From: Octopus sinensis
Taxonomy: Eukaryota
Assembly: GCF_006345805.1 (NCBI RefSeq)
Contig: NC_043018.1
Location: 5,208,001-5,272,000, forward strand
Length of the DNA: 64,000 bases
Reading direction: 5' to 3'
Shown one piece after another: positions 43,048-56,235 of the stretch; positions within the stretch are counted from its first letter, which is position 1; every line of letters begins with the position of its first letter. Position numbers and translations under genes: made by a program. Below the pieces are notes generated by a model. That model made no database searches, had not been told where the DNA came from, and was given only the letters and a program-made list of their open reading frames with translations.

Positions 43048-43316
43048 TTAAGAGTTGCTAAAGATAAGGCCTGAAATGCCATTAGCTGGTCCTGTGTGTA
43101 TTTGGTAAGGACATCATCTGTTTCGCAAAGTATCTCGTATAAAATGTAAATTATTCTACAAGGATGGAGCTTATTGCAAATGCTTAGTCCGTGATCTCTG
43201 TATTCGGTCTCGGAAGACAATCAAAAGCAATTTGCTAAGCTGAAGCTGAATTTGATCACAAAGAGACAAATGCAACTGCGCGGCACGCAAAAACCTGCAT
43301 ATATACATACATACAT

Positions 43317-43485
<169 letters not shown>

Positions 43486-43512
43486 ATATATTATAATATA
43501 TATATGTATATA

Positions 43513-43569
<57 letters not shown>

Positions 43570-44809
43570 CCTATGCATATATAGATATGCAAATATGTGT
43601 GTCTATATAATGTAAATGCATATATGCATGTACACATATATGTATACACATTCGTATTTGTGTGTGTGTGCATATATATGCACATGTACGCGTACACACA
43701 TATATATATGTGCGTGTGTAAATATCTTTATATATGCTTGTGCATATGTGTATATATATGTATATATATTTATATATATGTATATATATTTATATATATA
43801 TATATGCAAACACGTATTACACACTAACGTAACTTTGTGGTGTGTGATTGTATACGTGTGTATGTAAGTGTGTATGTATTTGTATGTCTACAGTGTGTAC
43901 AGTGTATCTATACACATTTCAAAACTAAAGATTGCACGTTTACCTTCACACGCACATTTACACAGAAACACACAGAAACCTGCTCACGCCGACACATACT
44001 GACGCAAAATCACATACAGGTTTGGCAGCATCGTTCATACATACACACACACACACACATGTAGTTATAGTTGAGCATATGGTCTTACATATTCCCATAG
44101 GTGCATAAACTAGAATTAAGATTCTTATCTCTTCTAGAATAAGATGTATACATGAGGTGTAGTGTGTATACATATCGATGTATGCAATTGCATTTGGTTC
44201 AAACAACAAGCGTAAATTGATCAGAAAGCAGGATATTCATACGAATAATATTCGCCATTTCACTTTACTCTGCGAAAGCAGTTGTTGTTGTTGTTGTTGT
44301 TTACTGGCTTCGTTTTCATTTTTGTTGTTATTGTTGCATCTGTTGTTGTTTTTGTTGCTGTTGTTGGTTAGCACCAGGTCAGTCATAATTTAGTGGAGCT
44401 ATACTTCAAAGGAATTTTAGCAGTAACCACCCCTTCCCTTATTTATCTTAGGACTGTGGTTAAGAAGTTCGTTTTTCAAACCTCGAGGTCTTGGATTCAA
44501 TCTCAGTGTTTGGCACCTTGGGCAAATATAATTTTCTTTGGTCCCTTGTCTTCCCATAATATCTAGGTTAAAATGAGTAGACGGAAACTGCATAAAGCCT
44601 CATCGGTTGTTATTATACCTGTAATTAAAAAAGAAATGTCTTGTGAAATATTCTATCTCACTGATTCTCTGAGAAAATTATACCGATAATATACGTGACT
44701 GTGAAATTTAATGTGTTGAATCCTCGTCGTCGATCGACCGATATCCGCTATATCATTTATGTGCCCACGCCACCGTTAGGCGGTAGTGTATGATCTGAGG
44801 GAATAAATA

Positions 44810-46105
44810 CGAGGGGTGTTCAATAAGTAATGCCCCTGACCCACTTCCCATAGCAGTAGAGCAACGAAACTTGGCACATTTATTAGACTTTTTCTACATA
44901 GGAACCACCCAGAGTTACGCATTTCTCACATCGTTTGATGCAGCTCTGAAGACCGTTTTTGTAGAAGACCTCAGCTTGGTCCTTCAACCACAACGTGACT
45001 CCAGAAATCAAGGCTGCATCATCTGGGAAACGCTTTCCTTTCAAAAACAACTTCATGGCTGGGAAGAGGTGAAAATCAGAAGGTGCAAGGTCAGGAGAGT
45101 AGGGGGATGGGGGATGAGTTCATAGCTGCACGCCTGTGCTTCTGATCTGGCGACACGCGAGTTGTGAACCGGAGCGTTGTCCTGCAAGAGGAGGATGCCT
45201 TTGCTGATCTTGCCCCGCCTCTTGATTTTGATAGCTTCTCTTAATTTCCTCAAAAGTGAAGCATAATAGGCTCCTGTAATTGTGGCACCCTTTGCCAGGA
45301 AATCTGTCATCAGTACTCCGTCCTGGTCCCAGAAGACTGTGAGCATGACCTTGCCAGCAGAAGGCTGCACCCTTGCCTTCTTTGGAGGAGGTGAGTCACG
45401 GTGTGTCCACTGCATTGACTGGGCTTTGGTCTCTGGATCATAGTGATGGACCCAGGTTTCATCCTGTGTCGTCAGTCTTTTGAAAAATTTTGACTCATCT
45501 TCTTGGCACATCTCCAAATTCATCCTCGAGCAATCGACACGTTCTTGCTTCTGGAAAGATGTGGGCAACCTGGGAATCCATCTGGCAGACACCTTTTGCA
45601 TATGCAAATGGTCATGAATGATAGTTTCCACAGACCCGGTACTAATCTTGACCTCATGGGCTATTTGGCGAATAATTATGCGTCGATCTTCCAAAATGGC
45701 AGCCTCAACTTGACGGACAGATGCCTCATCAATGGCAGAAGGGGGCGACCAGATCTGGGAGCTGTTTCCACAGAGTTCCGACCATGTTTGAATTCACGAT
45801 GCCAGCGTTTTACAAGGTCATATGATGGGGCATCATCACCATAAGTTACTTTCATTTCATCAAAAGTCTCCCGTGGTGTGCGTTCTTTCAAATACAAAAC
45901 CCAGATCACTGCTCGACACTCAACAAGCTCCATTTCACACTTGACTCAGTTCAAACACTTGTAAATCAGAAACCACAATTAGTCCAGAGCTATAATTTGC
46001 CACTTAATCTAATCTATAAAGATATAAATAATTGTACATGCAAAATTTCAGCTAGATCAAATAACTGCAAGTGCGTCAGAAGCATTACTTATTGAACGCC
46101 CCTCG
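44810..46105 (-). mobile_element. Full-length mariner DNA transposon (1296 bp)
   Basis: TIRs of about 37 bp (CGAGGGG[T/C]GTTCAATAAGTAATGC..CTGAC.CACTT) at both ends, with TA duplications at 44808-09 and 46106-07. Confidence 0.95.
44883..45933 (-). pseudogene. Mariner DD34D transposase with two frameshifts
   Basis: HTH region (VKRWHREFKHGR..PRSGRP), WIPRL, TQDETWVHHYDPETK and LQDNAPVH; after a frameshift, YSPDLAPSDFHLF...LGGSYVEKV*. Confidence 0.93.
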
Positions 46106-46337
46106 TATGGAGTGTTAATTTCTTGCAGATCCAGGGACCAACCACAGAGTTTTTCTATGTCTTGTGATCTTGTTTTCAATGTTGTTGTTTCGACAGTTGT
46201 TGCTTTCTGTTTAAGCATGTCTCAGCTATGATTGAGCAGAGCTATGATTGAGCAGACCTATGATAAAAGAGTTATGATAAAAGAGTTTCCATCCGTCAAC
46301 TACCTGATCTTTATTTTAATAATATTGTCTCTATGAC

Positions 46338-46935
46338 CAAGGCGGCGAACTGGCAGAATCGGTATTTCGTCTGTCTTGACGTTCTGAGTTCAAATTACGC
46401 CTGGGTCGACTTCATTTTTTCATAATTTCGGATCAACAAAATAAGTACCAGCTAAGCACTGGGGTCGATTTAATCGATTAGCCCCCATTACCAATATTTG
46501 AAACTAAACATCTCTGTATATTATGCAATGTGCAAGGCGGTGAGCTGTTAGAAATGTTAGCACGCCGGGCGAAATGCTCAGCGGTATTTCGTCAGCCGCT
46601 ACGTTCTGAGTTCAAATTCCGCCAAGGTTGACTTTGCCTTTCATTCTTTCGGGGTCGATAAATTAAGTACCAGTTACGCATTGGGGTCGATATAATCGAC
46701 TTAATCCGTTTGTCTGTCCTTGTTTGTCCCATCTGTGTTTAGCCCCTTGTGGGTAGTAAAGAAATAGAAATGTGGTCTGTATTTACGTTCTGAGTTCAAA
46801 TTCCGCAGAGGTAAACTTTGCCTTTTGTCATTTTGGGGTCGATAAATTAAGTACCAGTTGCGTACTGAGGTCGATCTAATCGACTGGCTCCCTCCCCAAG
46901 AATTTCAGGCCTTGTACCTAGAATAGAAAAGTATA
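46338..46935 (+). mobile_element. Three consecutive SINE family B copies or fragments
   Basis: ACGTTCTGAGTTCAAATT...ACTT...AAGTACCAG..GGTCGAT.TAATCGA recurs at about 46379, 46601 and 46785. Confidence 0.8.
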
Positions 46936-47650
46936 TTATGCAACGTGCCGGACTCTTTTTTGAAAATAGGAGCTATGATCACAGGTTTTCTACTCGAGAT
47001 CTTACCAACTGTTATTTCAGTAATGCTACCATTTCTAAAAATATATAATTCAGAGCTTCCTTCCCTTTATAATGACAGTAGTTATGCTCAAAGTAATTCT
47101 CACCGTGAACTCTTCAACATTCATTTAATTGATAGTGTATCTATGAGATGTGCCTTTCATTTTCACGAAGACAGCGAAAAGTGATTTGAGGGAATTATTT
47201 TGGCTGCTATTCTTAGTAAGTTGAGAGACTACGTACGTGTTCCAACGTGGAAATCTACTGTTAATCAAGAGCAATATTAATCAATCAGTGCTAAAGAAGT
47301 GGGATGCATTGCCCCTATTTTGTAGCCCTAGTCCAACTCTAACTGGACAAACCAAAGAACTATATTTGGGATCATCGAAACAGATTCGCAGAGAACAACA
47401 CCGACGGCATTTACCAAAGTAAATGCCAATTAACAAAACTCTTGGACCTTGAATATCAATCGGTAACTACTGTCGATTATTATCAATAATATATGTGCAT
47501 GTGTGTGGAGTGGAGGTGTATACACACTCAAGTGTATGTTACATATGCAGATGCATACACACACTCTATATCTATACATATATATACATACATGTGTATA
47601 TATTTATATGTACACACGCACACGCACACACACATAGACACCCCCACACA

Positions 47651-47685
<35 letters not shown>

Positions 47686-48044
47686 GTGCATTTCGATAGT
47701 TGTGTGTATGTATACGTGCATGTGACTCATAAAGAAAGAGAGAGAGATAGTGAAGGAGAAAGGAAAGAAAAGGTCGACTTAGTAGAAAGGACGAAAGAAT
47801 GAAAGGAAGAAAGTAGGAAAGAGTGAGTGTGGCGGGGTATAAGTGTATTTTGAAAAGTTGTTGGTGTGATCAATATTCAAGACTGGATTTCATTGTTAAT
47901 TTATGGTGATGTTGCGTAAAAAGTAACACACAGACTTTCATGTCATATGATCATCGACAAATACATATATAGACATACATAATTTTATATAGATGTATGC
48001 AGATATATAAATGTAAATCCGTGCATATTAGTTTGCTCCCCACC

Positions 48045-48096
<52 letters not shown>

Positions 48097-48259
48097 TATA
48101 TGTATGAGCATATATAAATATACATGTTTGTATGCGTGTATATGTATAATGATGTATATATATATGTATGTTTATAACGGATGCATACCTTCGTATGTAC
48201 ACGATTATAAATACATATGTGCATGCACACAACCATTCATCATTCCATCCATCCATCCA

Positions 48260-48315
<56 letters not shown>

Positions 48316-48409
48316 CAGTTCCTTACATGTATGTATGTTTGAATATATACGTGAACATATACATATACACATACATACATGAATAAAACATGTATGCATT
48401 CCCACGTCC

Positions 48410-48444
<35 letters not shown>

Positions 48445-49303
48445 TACGATGATACCTGCGTATATACACACATCCATGCACTTATACAAATACACATACA
48501 AGCATACGCATACATATACATACATGCATACTTGTACACATATTTACAAACACACATGCATACATATATACACACACAAGCTTAAATATTAGTTACAATT
48601 CTAGAGAATGGTTATTAACTGTGTATGCGTAAGTGAACCTATCAGAGAACGAGTCTCCATCTTCGAAACTGGATAAATGGTACAAAGAATATGTCAAGTG
48701 CCAGTAGAAACCATATCGCAGGGGACGTCAAAGAATATAGCGATAGAATTTCGATTCAAATAAATTTTGGCAAGTCATACAATTAAGAATTCCAAGATTC
48801 TGACATATGCATGGAACAATCTCAAAGCTAAACAGCTTCATTCCATATCTCTGTCGCTAAGTTTCTTGTCCATCTTTTATAATTCCTTTTATGTCTTTTG
48901 ACTTGGTTCTGTCCTTCTTTAATGCTATTCTATGCTTCTTTGGTTGTGTGGTTCTATGGCGGTTCTATGGTTCTGGCTTTCATCTCGTGTCTCACCGTTT
49001 GATCTTTCGTCATCATCCGCGTGTGTATTGTTGCTTGCATCCATGTACGCATATCTCTCTCTGTATGTCTATATATCCATTCTTCTCGATTTATCTGTAT
49101 ATATTTCTCTCTCCTCTTTTCTCCCACTTCTTCTCTTCTCCCTCACAAAACACGCACGAACACACACACACCACACACACACACACACACCACAAAGGTC
49201 TTTTTTTGACAGCGCGCTTTGTAAATCAGGTGATATTTTTTATTTTGTCTGTTAGTCTGTTTGTGTATCTCTCTTTCTGTCTGTCTATTTATCTGTCTCT
49301 GAG

Positions 49304-49902
<599 letters not shown>

Positions 49903-49949
49903 CCTATAAAATTATCTATCTATGTCATGCAAATATCCATTCTTGTATG

Positions 49950-49995
<46 letters not shown>

Positions 49996-50172
49996 ATATA
50001 TATCTTATATATTGAGGTTATGAAAAGTAATGGTGTCAGTAACACCCAAAGGTGTCAGGTAATGCTGAGTAAATGCTATAGAGAGACCATAGTTATGCTC
50101 CAGGTACGGTGATTATGCGAATAGGAGTCCAACATAGGTAATATATCAGCATGTATATATATGAAAAATAAA

Positions 50173-50544
50173 TTCAGAATGAGATAAAAAAATCCAAGGC
50201 TGTGAAGATTTTAGAACATTTATGAATAGATCTTACAGCTTTTTCCAGCATATTTTTTTATATCCCTTCATCGGAGACGGTGTGAGAGGATGGTTAAGCA
50301 ATAGTTATTCTAGAGAAGATATGAAATAGAGAGTGAAGTGTAGGAATGAAAATAGATGTGAGATATGCAGGGATATTGCATTTGTAGATCCATTATTTAG
50401 GCTGAATGGTTTACATATAAGATTCCAATACCTTGTGAGTAAAATCCAATAGTATTTAAAATAGGTACAAGAAACAGCTGTAAGACCTTCTAATTATAAA
50501 TGTTCTAAAATCTTCATAGATTTGGTTTTTTATCTCATTCTGAA
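50173..50544. mobile_element. Foldback element with arms of about 75 bp carrying hammerhead 3' halves
   Basis: TTCAGAATGAGATAAAAAA..GAAGATTTTAGAACATTTAT..TCTTACAGCT pairs with GAAACAGCTGTAAGA..ATAAATGTTCTAAAATCTTC..TTTTTTATCTCATTCTGAA. Confidence 0.65.
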
Positions 50545-50799
50545 AAAAAATTAAAATTTAGATTCAGTTGAATATGTTACTTAAGCTAAAGGCACCAGAA
50601 TTTGGCATGGTATTATCCATATAATTCAAAACAGGGTGATTATAATCAAAATAAGTTGCCCTTGCCCGTTACATTTTTCCTTTGGCAAGCTAAGTTACAT
50701 TTTATTGTTTATCTATTTCATTTGTATTTTGAATCGTTTTGGGTTTGAAATTATTATTATTATTATTGTTGTTATTATTATTGTTGTTGAAATATTATT

Positions 50800-51327
50800 A
50801 TTTATTTATAGTTTCTTGATAGTTATTTGTTACGATCGTTATTAGTTATCATATCTATTTATTTAGTATGCTTTATTATTATTTTTATAAAGGGATTTAA
50901 CGTTTTACATATAATTTAATTTGAGAATTACTTTCGTTAGACTATACATTATTTAATAAATAGGTAATATTTTTATTAAGTAGTATTACATTTAAGTAAA
51001 TTAATTTTTATTTTAATTAATATTATGTTCAACTTTATTATCGTGTGAAATATTGAATCTATAGATATTACACATATATATTAATAAAATAGTTAGATTA
51101 TATAATGGATTTGTGTATATTTGAACCATTTCCTATTTTTGATTGTATTATTCATGACTAGTAATAGCATTGGGTATATTAATAAGACGCTAAAATATAT
51201 ATTTTTATGCATTTAAAATCCAGATAGATTAATTTTATCGTTGTACTTCGTAAAATAGTTTGTTTATCAATATTATTTGGATCTTGTATCATTTTGAGTT
51301 TGATCGTTGTTGTTGTTATTGTCGTTG

Positions 51328-51377
<50 letters not shown>

Positions 51378-51900
51378 GACTGGATTTGTAGTGGACTGTC
51401 GGTTGTAGTTGAATGTCTTCATAGTGTATTGTTCTTTTGTTCTAATATTTTTGCACCTTCTTTATTTACGGGGTTTAAATGTTTTCTTACTTTCCATTAG
51501 TAAATGATTTTCGCCATTATATCATTTTTATATATTTTGATAGTTATAAGTTATAATAGTTATTAATGATATCCATTTATTTAGAATGATTTATTATCAT
51601 TTTTATAAAGGGATCTAACGTATTACATTTAATTTAATTTGAGAATTAATTATTTTAGACAATATATTATTTAATTATTAGGTGGTATATTTATTGATTA
51701 GTATTAAATTTAGGAAATTAGGTTTTATATTAATTGATATTTAGTCAACTATATTATTGAGTGATATATTAAATCTATAGAAACTACACATTAATCTATT
51801 AATTATATAGTTAGCTTATTTAATGAGTTTGTCTATATTTGAAGCACTTCTTATTTTGATTACAATATTAATGGCTTGTACTAGCATCGTGTATATTAAT
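50800..51900. repeat. Diverged AT-rich duplication (units of about 380 bp, offset about 718 bp)
   Basis: TTTTATAAAGGGAT.TAACGT.TTACAT.TAATTTAATTTGAGAATTA occurs at about 50883 and 51601, with similarity extending on both sides. Confidence 0.8.
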
Positions 51901-51964
51901 TAATTTTAAAGTATTGCATAATTTAAGTATTGTTTTTAGTTTTCACTTAATGTATATTTAATAT

Positions 51965-51998
<34 letters not shown>

Positions 51999-52090
51999 TA
52001 TATATATATATTAAAGAATATATTTAAATTTTAAAAGATTATTTATTTATATTAATTAATTAATTATTTTATTATTGTAGTTTTTTTGAC

Positions 52091-52190
52091 CTGATGAGTG
52101 GCTATGTTTATATTGAAGTGATTTTACTACTACTATAAATAGCTTTTATTACTATAATCATTTCTTAAATATAGCCACGAAGCACGTGTC
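52091..52190 (+). ncRNA. Near-intact hammerhead motif with a long stem II
   Basis: CTGATGA-GTGGCTATGTTTA...TAAATATAGCCAC-GAAGC-ACGT-GTC; one core change (GAAAC to GAAGC) and a weak stem I. Confidence 0.65.
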
Positions 52191-52442
52191 ATTATTCTAC
52201 CAAATATATACGCTTTTATTATTATTTTGCAAGTTACTTAATCATCGGTATATTATTGTTATTTTATTTTATATATTTCTATTTTATGTAATTTTCTAGA
52301 TGATGTCATTTAATTGTTCGTTTTGAATTGCTAAAAGGTGTTTTTCTTTCTAATTTTTATATATATATATTATATTTTGAGAAATATGATTTAGTATTTC
52401 TAAATTGAATTTTGCCTGTAAGTTATATTCCCTCAAATCTTA

Positions 52443-52505
52443 AATTTGCTGTAATACTTACAACTTTTAATAAAATGGTGTAGTGCGAAACAATTGTACC
52501 AAATT
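52443..52505 (+). ncRNA. Decayed hammerhead motif
   Basis: Stem I AATTTG/CAAATT and the 3' half GAAAC-AATT-GTA are present; the CUGANGA box is eroded. Confidence 0.4.
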
Positions 52506-52535
52506 ACCGGAGTCATTCTTGTTGCGTATTTTTGA

Positions 52536-52570
<35 letters not shown>

Positions 52571-52618
52571 TAGATAGATAGATAGATATAGAGATAGATA
52601 AATATATATATATATAAC

Positions 52619-52781
52619 GCAGGAGTGGCTGTGTGGTAAGTAGCTTGCTAACCAACCACATGGTTCTGGGTTCAGTGGCATCTTGGGCAAGTGTCTTCTG
52701 CTATAGCCCCGGGCCTTGTGAGTGGATTGGTAGACGGAAACTGAAAGAAGCCTGTCGTATATATGTATGTATATATATAAT

Positions 52782-52826
<45 letters not shown>

Positions 52827-53020
52827 GTGTATGTGTGTGTGTTTGTGTGTGTGTGTTTGTCCCCCTAGCATTGCTTGACAACCGATGCTGATGTGTGTAC
52901 GTCCCCGTTACTTAGCGGTTCGGCAAAAGAATAAGTCCCGGGGTCGATTTGTCCGACTAAAGGCGGTGCTCCAGCATGGCCGCAGTCAAATGACTGAAAC
53001 AAGTAAAAGAGTAAAGAGTA
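52619..53020 (+). mobile_element. SINE family A, most complete copy (tRNA-like head, internal (TA)/(TG) microsatellite, tail)
   Basis: A-box-like TGGCTGTGTGG, B-box-like GGTTCAGT and tail GGCGGTGCTCCAGCATGGCCGCAGTCAAATGACTGAAACAAGTAAAAGAG; about ten related fragments occur in the window. Confidence 0.8.
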
Positions 53021-54517
53021 AATATATAGATAGATAGATATAGATATAGATCTACATACATATATATATGCATACAGTTATATTTATTTATATGTATATA
53101 CAAAAACTTGCATATATACATACATATATATGTTTACACACGCATATATGCACCCTTATACATTACGTATATATACACATACGTATGCATGTGTCGTCCT
53201 AAGTTCTCATTCGTTTCACCACCATCTCTCAGCCTTTCCTGCTCCTTACCACGGGATTGTGAGGCTCGTCTCCTCTCACTCACTCACTCACTCATTCACT
53301 CACCCACTCACTCGTTCATTCACTTATACACTCACTTGTTCTTACTCTCTCCATCCCTCTCTTGCCCCTCCCACTATCACATTATTTTCTTATATCAAAC
53401 CAATATCCGCCATTTAATTATCTCCTATAATATTGACAATACCTTACCTTTTCTTTTTGTCTTTCATGTTGTTTCCAGCATTCCGTTCCTATAGTCTCCT
53501 GCAGACACTAATGAGGTGGAGTCAAACGTCTTTAACAACTGACAGTCAGAGAACTCATCAGCGGAAACGAGGGAATTACATGCCGTACTAAAACTACGTC
53601 TGCAGTAAACTTAAGGTCCTCGAGTCAGAAGTTCGATATACTGGTTTCCAGAGACGTGACATTCACTTTGTAATTAATTGTGACATTTAAGTATAAATGA
53701 ACTGTCTACCTGTCTGTATACACACACGGGCGCACACACACGTGCATATATATATGTATACTGAAAGATATATGTATGTATACCTTTCTATATTTATACG
53801 CACATGTATAGTTTGATAAATGAATATATATAGACGCTGGTGGGTCTAGAGATTATTTGTGTCGAATACTTGCATGCGTGTGAATATATGACGTTAAACG
53901 CTGGTTTTATACATACATACATACATACATACATACATACATACACACATACATACATACATACATACACACATACATACATACATACATACATACATAC
54001 ATACATACATACATACACACATACATACATACATACATACATACATACATACATACACACATACATACATACATACATACATACACAACATACATACATA
54101 CATACATACATACATACATACATACATACATACATACATACATACATACATACATACATACATACATACATACATACATACACACATATATAAATAACAA
54201 CCGAACGTACATAAGCACACACATACACACAAACGCATACTTATACTCGAATATTTTTACATACATGCGTACACATAAACACACATATAAACACGCTCAC
54301 ATAAACACAAACATATACAGACACATATTCACACACACATACGCGGGTGCAAACACATAAATGCACACACGCATTCCCATCCTCTCTCACCTGTAGATCT
54401 ATGTACATACCTCTAGTTATATCCATGATATTAACAACAGTCAAAGGTACAGGTGATCCCAAGCTCACAGTTCAGTGGGGATTTTATTAAACTTATCTAC
54501 TACTACTACTACTACTA

Positions 54518-54551
<34 letters not shown>

Positions 54552-54862
54552 GCTGCTACTCTCCACCGATGCTGAGAGTCTATGGAGCCGTTTCTGACTT
54601 GTGTAAAGAAACAATAAATTCAAATAAAGTTATTTTTTTTTCGGATTGTTTCAGAAATTATTAATTGTTGTCCTTGATTCTGGAGGTGTTTATGATGGAT
54701 GCGGCAGGAGGAGACAGCGGGTGGAGCAACGGTACATGCAACGGTGGTGCCGAGTGCTATGATCAAAGGGCAAACTGCAAGGATTTTCGTGTCGTGTCAT
54801 GTTCTCAACGACATTCCTTAAGTATATTGTTCGACTGTGAATATAACCATTGCAAAGCTACA

Positions 54863-54915
<53 letters not shown>

Positions 54916-55023
54916 ACACTCATACACACACACACGCACGCACACACACAAACACACACACTCTTACACACACACACATACATACACACACACACACAGA
55001 GAAACACAGACACAGAAAATAGA

Positions 55024-55223
55024 GTGAAAAACTACAGAAGACTTGTGGTGTATGTTTAAAGAATATATTTAAATAGTTACGTTAGGAAAATGTCATAACA
55101 TTTTATGTAAAGTAACAGTTTCGTATTTTTTCCAAAATCACAAAATTTTATAACATTTTCCTAACATAACTATTTAAATATATTCTTTAACCATATAACA
55201 CCAGTATTCTGTAGTTTTTTCAC
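55024..55223. repeat. Foldback inverted repeat with arms of about 72 bp
   Basis: GTGAAAAACTACAGAA..TTAAAGAATATATTTAAATAGTTA.GTTAGGAAAATG pairs with CATTTTCCTAAC.TAACTATTTAAATATATTCTTTAA..TTCTGTAGTTTTTTCAC. Confidence 0.85.
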
Positions 55224-55281
55224 ACTGTTTTGTCTTTTATAAATCCAATCACGTGTTTTCACATACCAACTCTCTCACCTG

Positions 55282-55348
<67 letters not shown>

Positions 55349-55349
<1 letters not shown>

Positions 55350-55604
55350 TTTATTTAAAGCAGCAGAAAATTCAACAAAATATGTTACTCTGAGTTTCTC
55401 GTTGCCGTTCATCAGACAGTTTTTGCTAGAATGGAATTATATCGGTTCCATTCTAGCAAAAACTGTCTGATGAACGGCAACGAGAAACTCAGAGTAACAA
55501 ATTTTGTTGAATTTTCTGCTGCTTAAAATAAAGCATATTACTCTACCACTGGTATTTGAGTACTCTTTTTTCCACCTTGTTTCACATTTATATGTGTTTA
55601 CTCC

Positions 55605-55606
<2 letters not shown>
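55349..55606. mobile_element. Palindromic double-hammerhead element inserted in (TA)n
   Basis: Arms 55349-55436 and 55446-55533 with a 9-nt spacer. Each arm has TGT-CTGATGA-ACG-GCAA-CGA-GAAAC-TCAGA-GTA-ACA (plus 55464-55499, minus 55383-55418). Confidence 0.8.
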
Positions 55607-55664
<58 letters not shown>

Positions 55665-55689
55665 CAATTTAAACGACATAATACTGCAT

Positions 55690-56115
55690 CAAAACTGAAG
55701 ACTCGTAAACTGTTTTGTTTTATCCATTGTGCTCTTCGTTGTAGAAACTTGTAAAATGTACGGTGCTTTGGAGAGAATGTAGAAGCATTTGAAATGTGGT
55801 TCTTTCGAAGGTTCGATAGGATAAACTGTAAAATGCTGCAGAACCAGTAGTACTGCTTAAGATCAAGTGCACAAAGCTATCGTATTTTGGCAATAGAAGA
55901 GGCCACGAGTAACAGCACACGGCCACCCTGACAAGTAATGTTGACGTTAAGGGACCAAGAGGTCATCAAACGCATTAGTGGATTTATGACGTCAAAGAAT
56001 GGACGGGAAAATAAGAACCCGGTTAAGTATATGCATGGAGTACAACTGGGAGTGAACCGGAGAGTCTTGGCAAACCGACAGCAGAACTCAGCGAGGGAAA
56101 TTGGCTGAGGGCTGA
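55690..56115 (+). pseudogene. Decayed RTE-clade LINE 3' fragment
   Basis: Remnant peptides LVNCFVLSIVLFVVETC, VEAFEMWFFRR and KLSYFG match post-RT motifs of RTE elements; the fragment ends in (CATA)n. Confidence 0.6.
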
Positions 56116-56199
56116 CATACATACATACACACATATATATATTCTTTTACTCTTTACTTTGTTTCAGTCTTTTGACTGTGGCCATGCTAGAGCATCACC

Positions 56200-56235
<36 letters not shown>

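Noticed and set aside
45053-45933. A SETMAR host gene
   Set aside because: There is no SET domain; the sequence has TIRs, TA duplications and frameshifts, so it is a free mariner.
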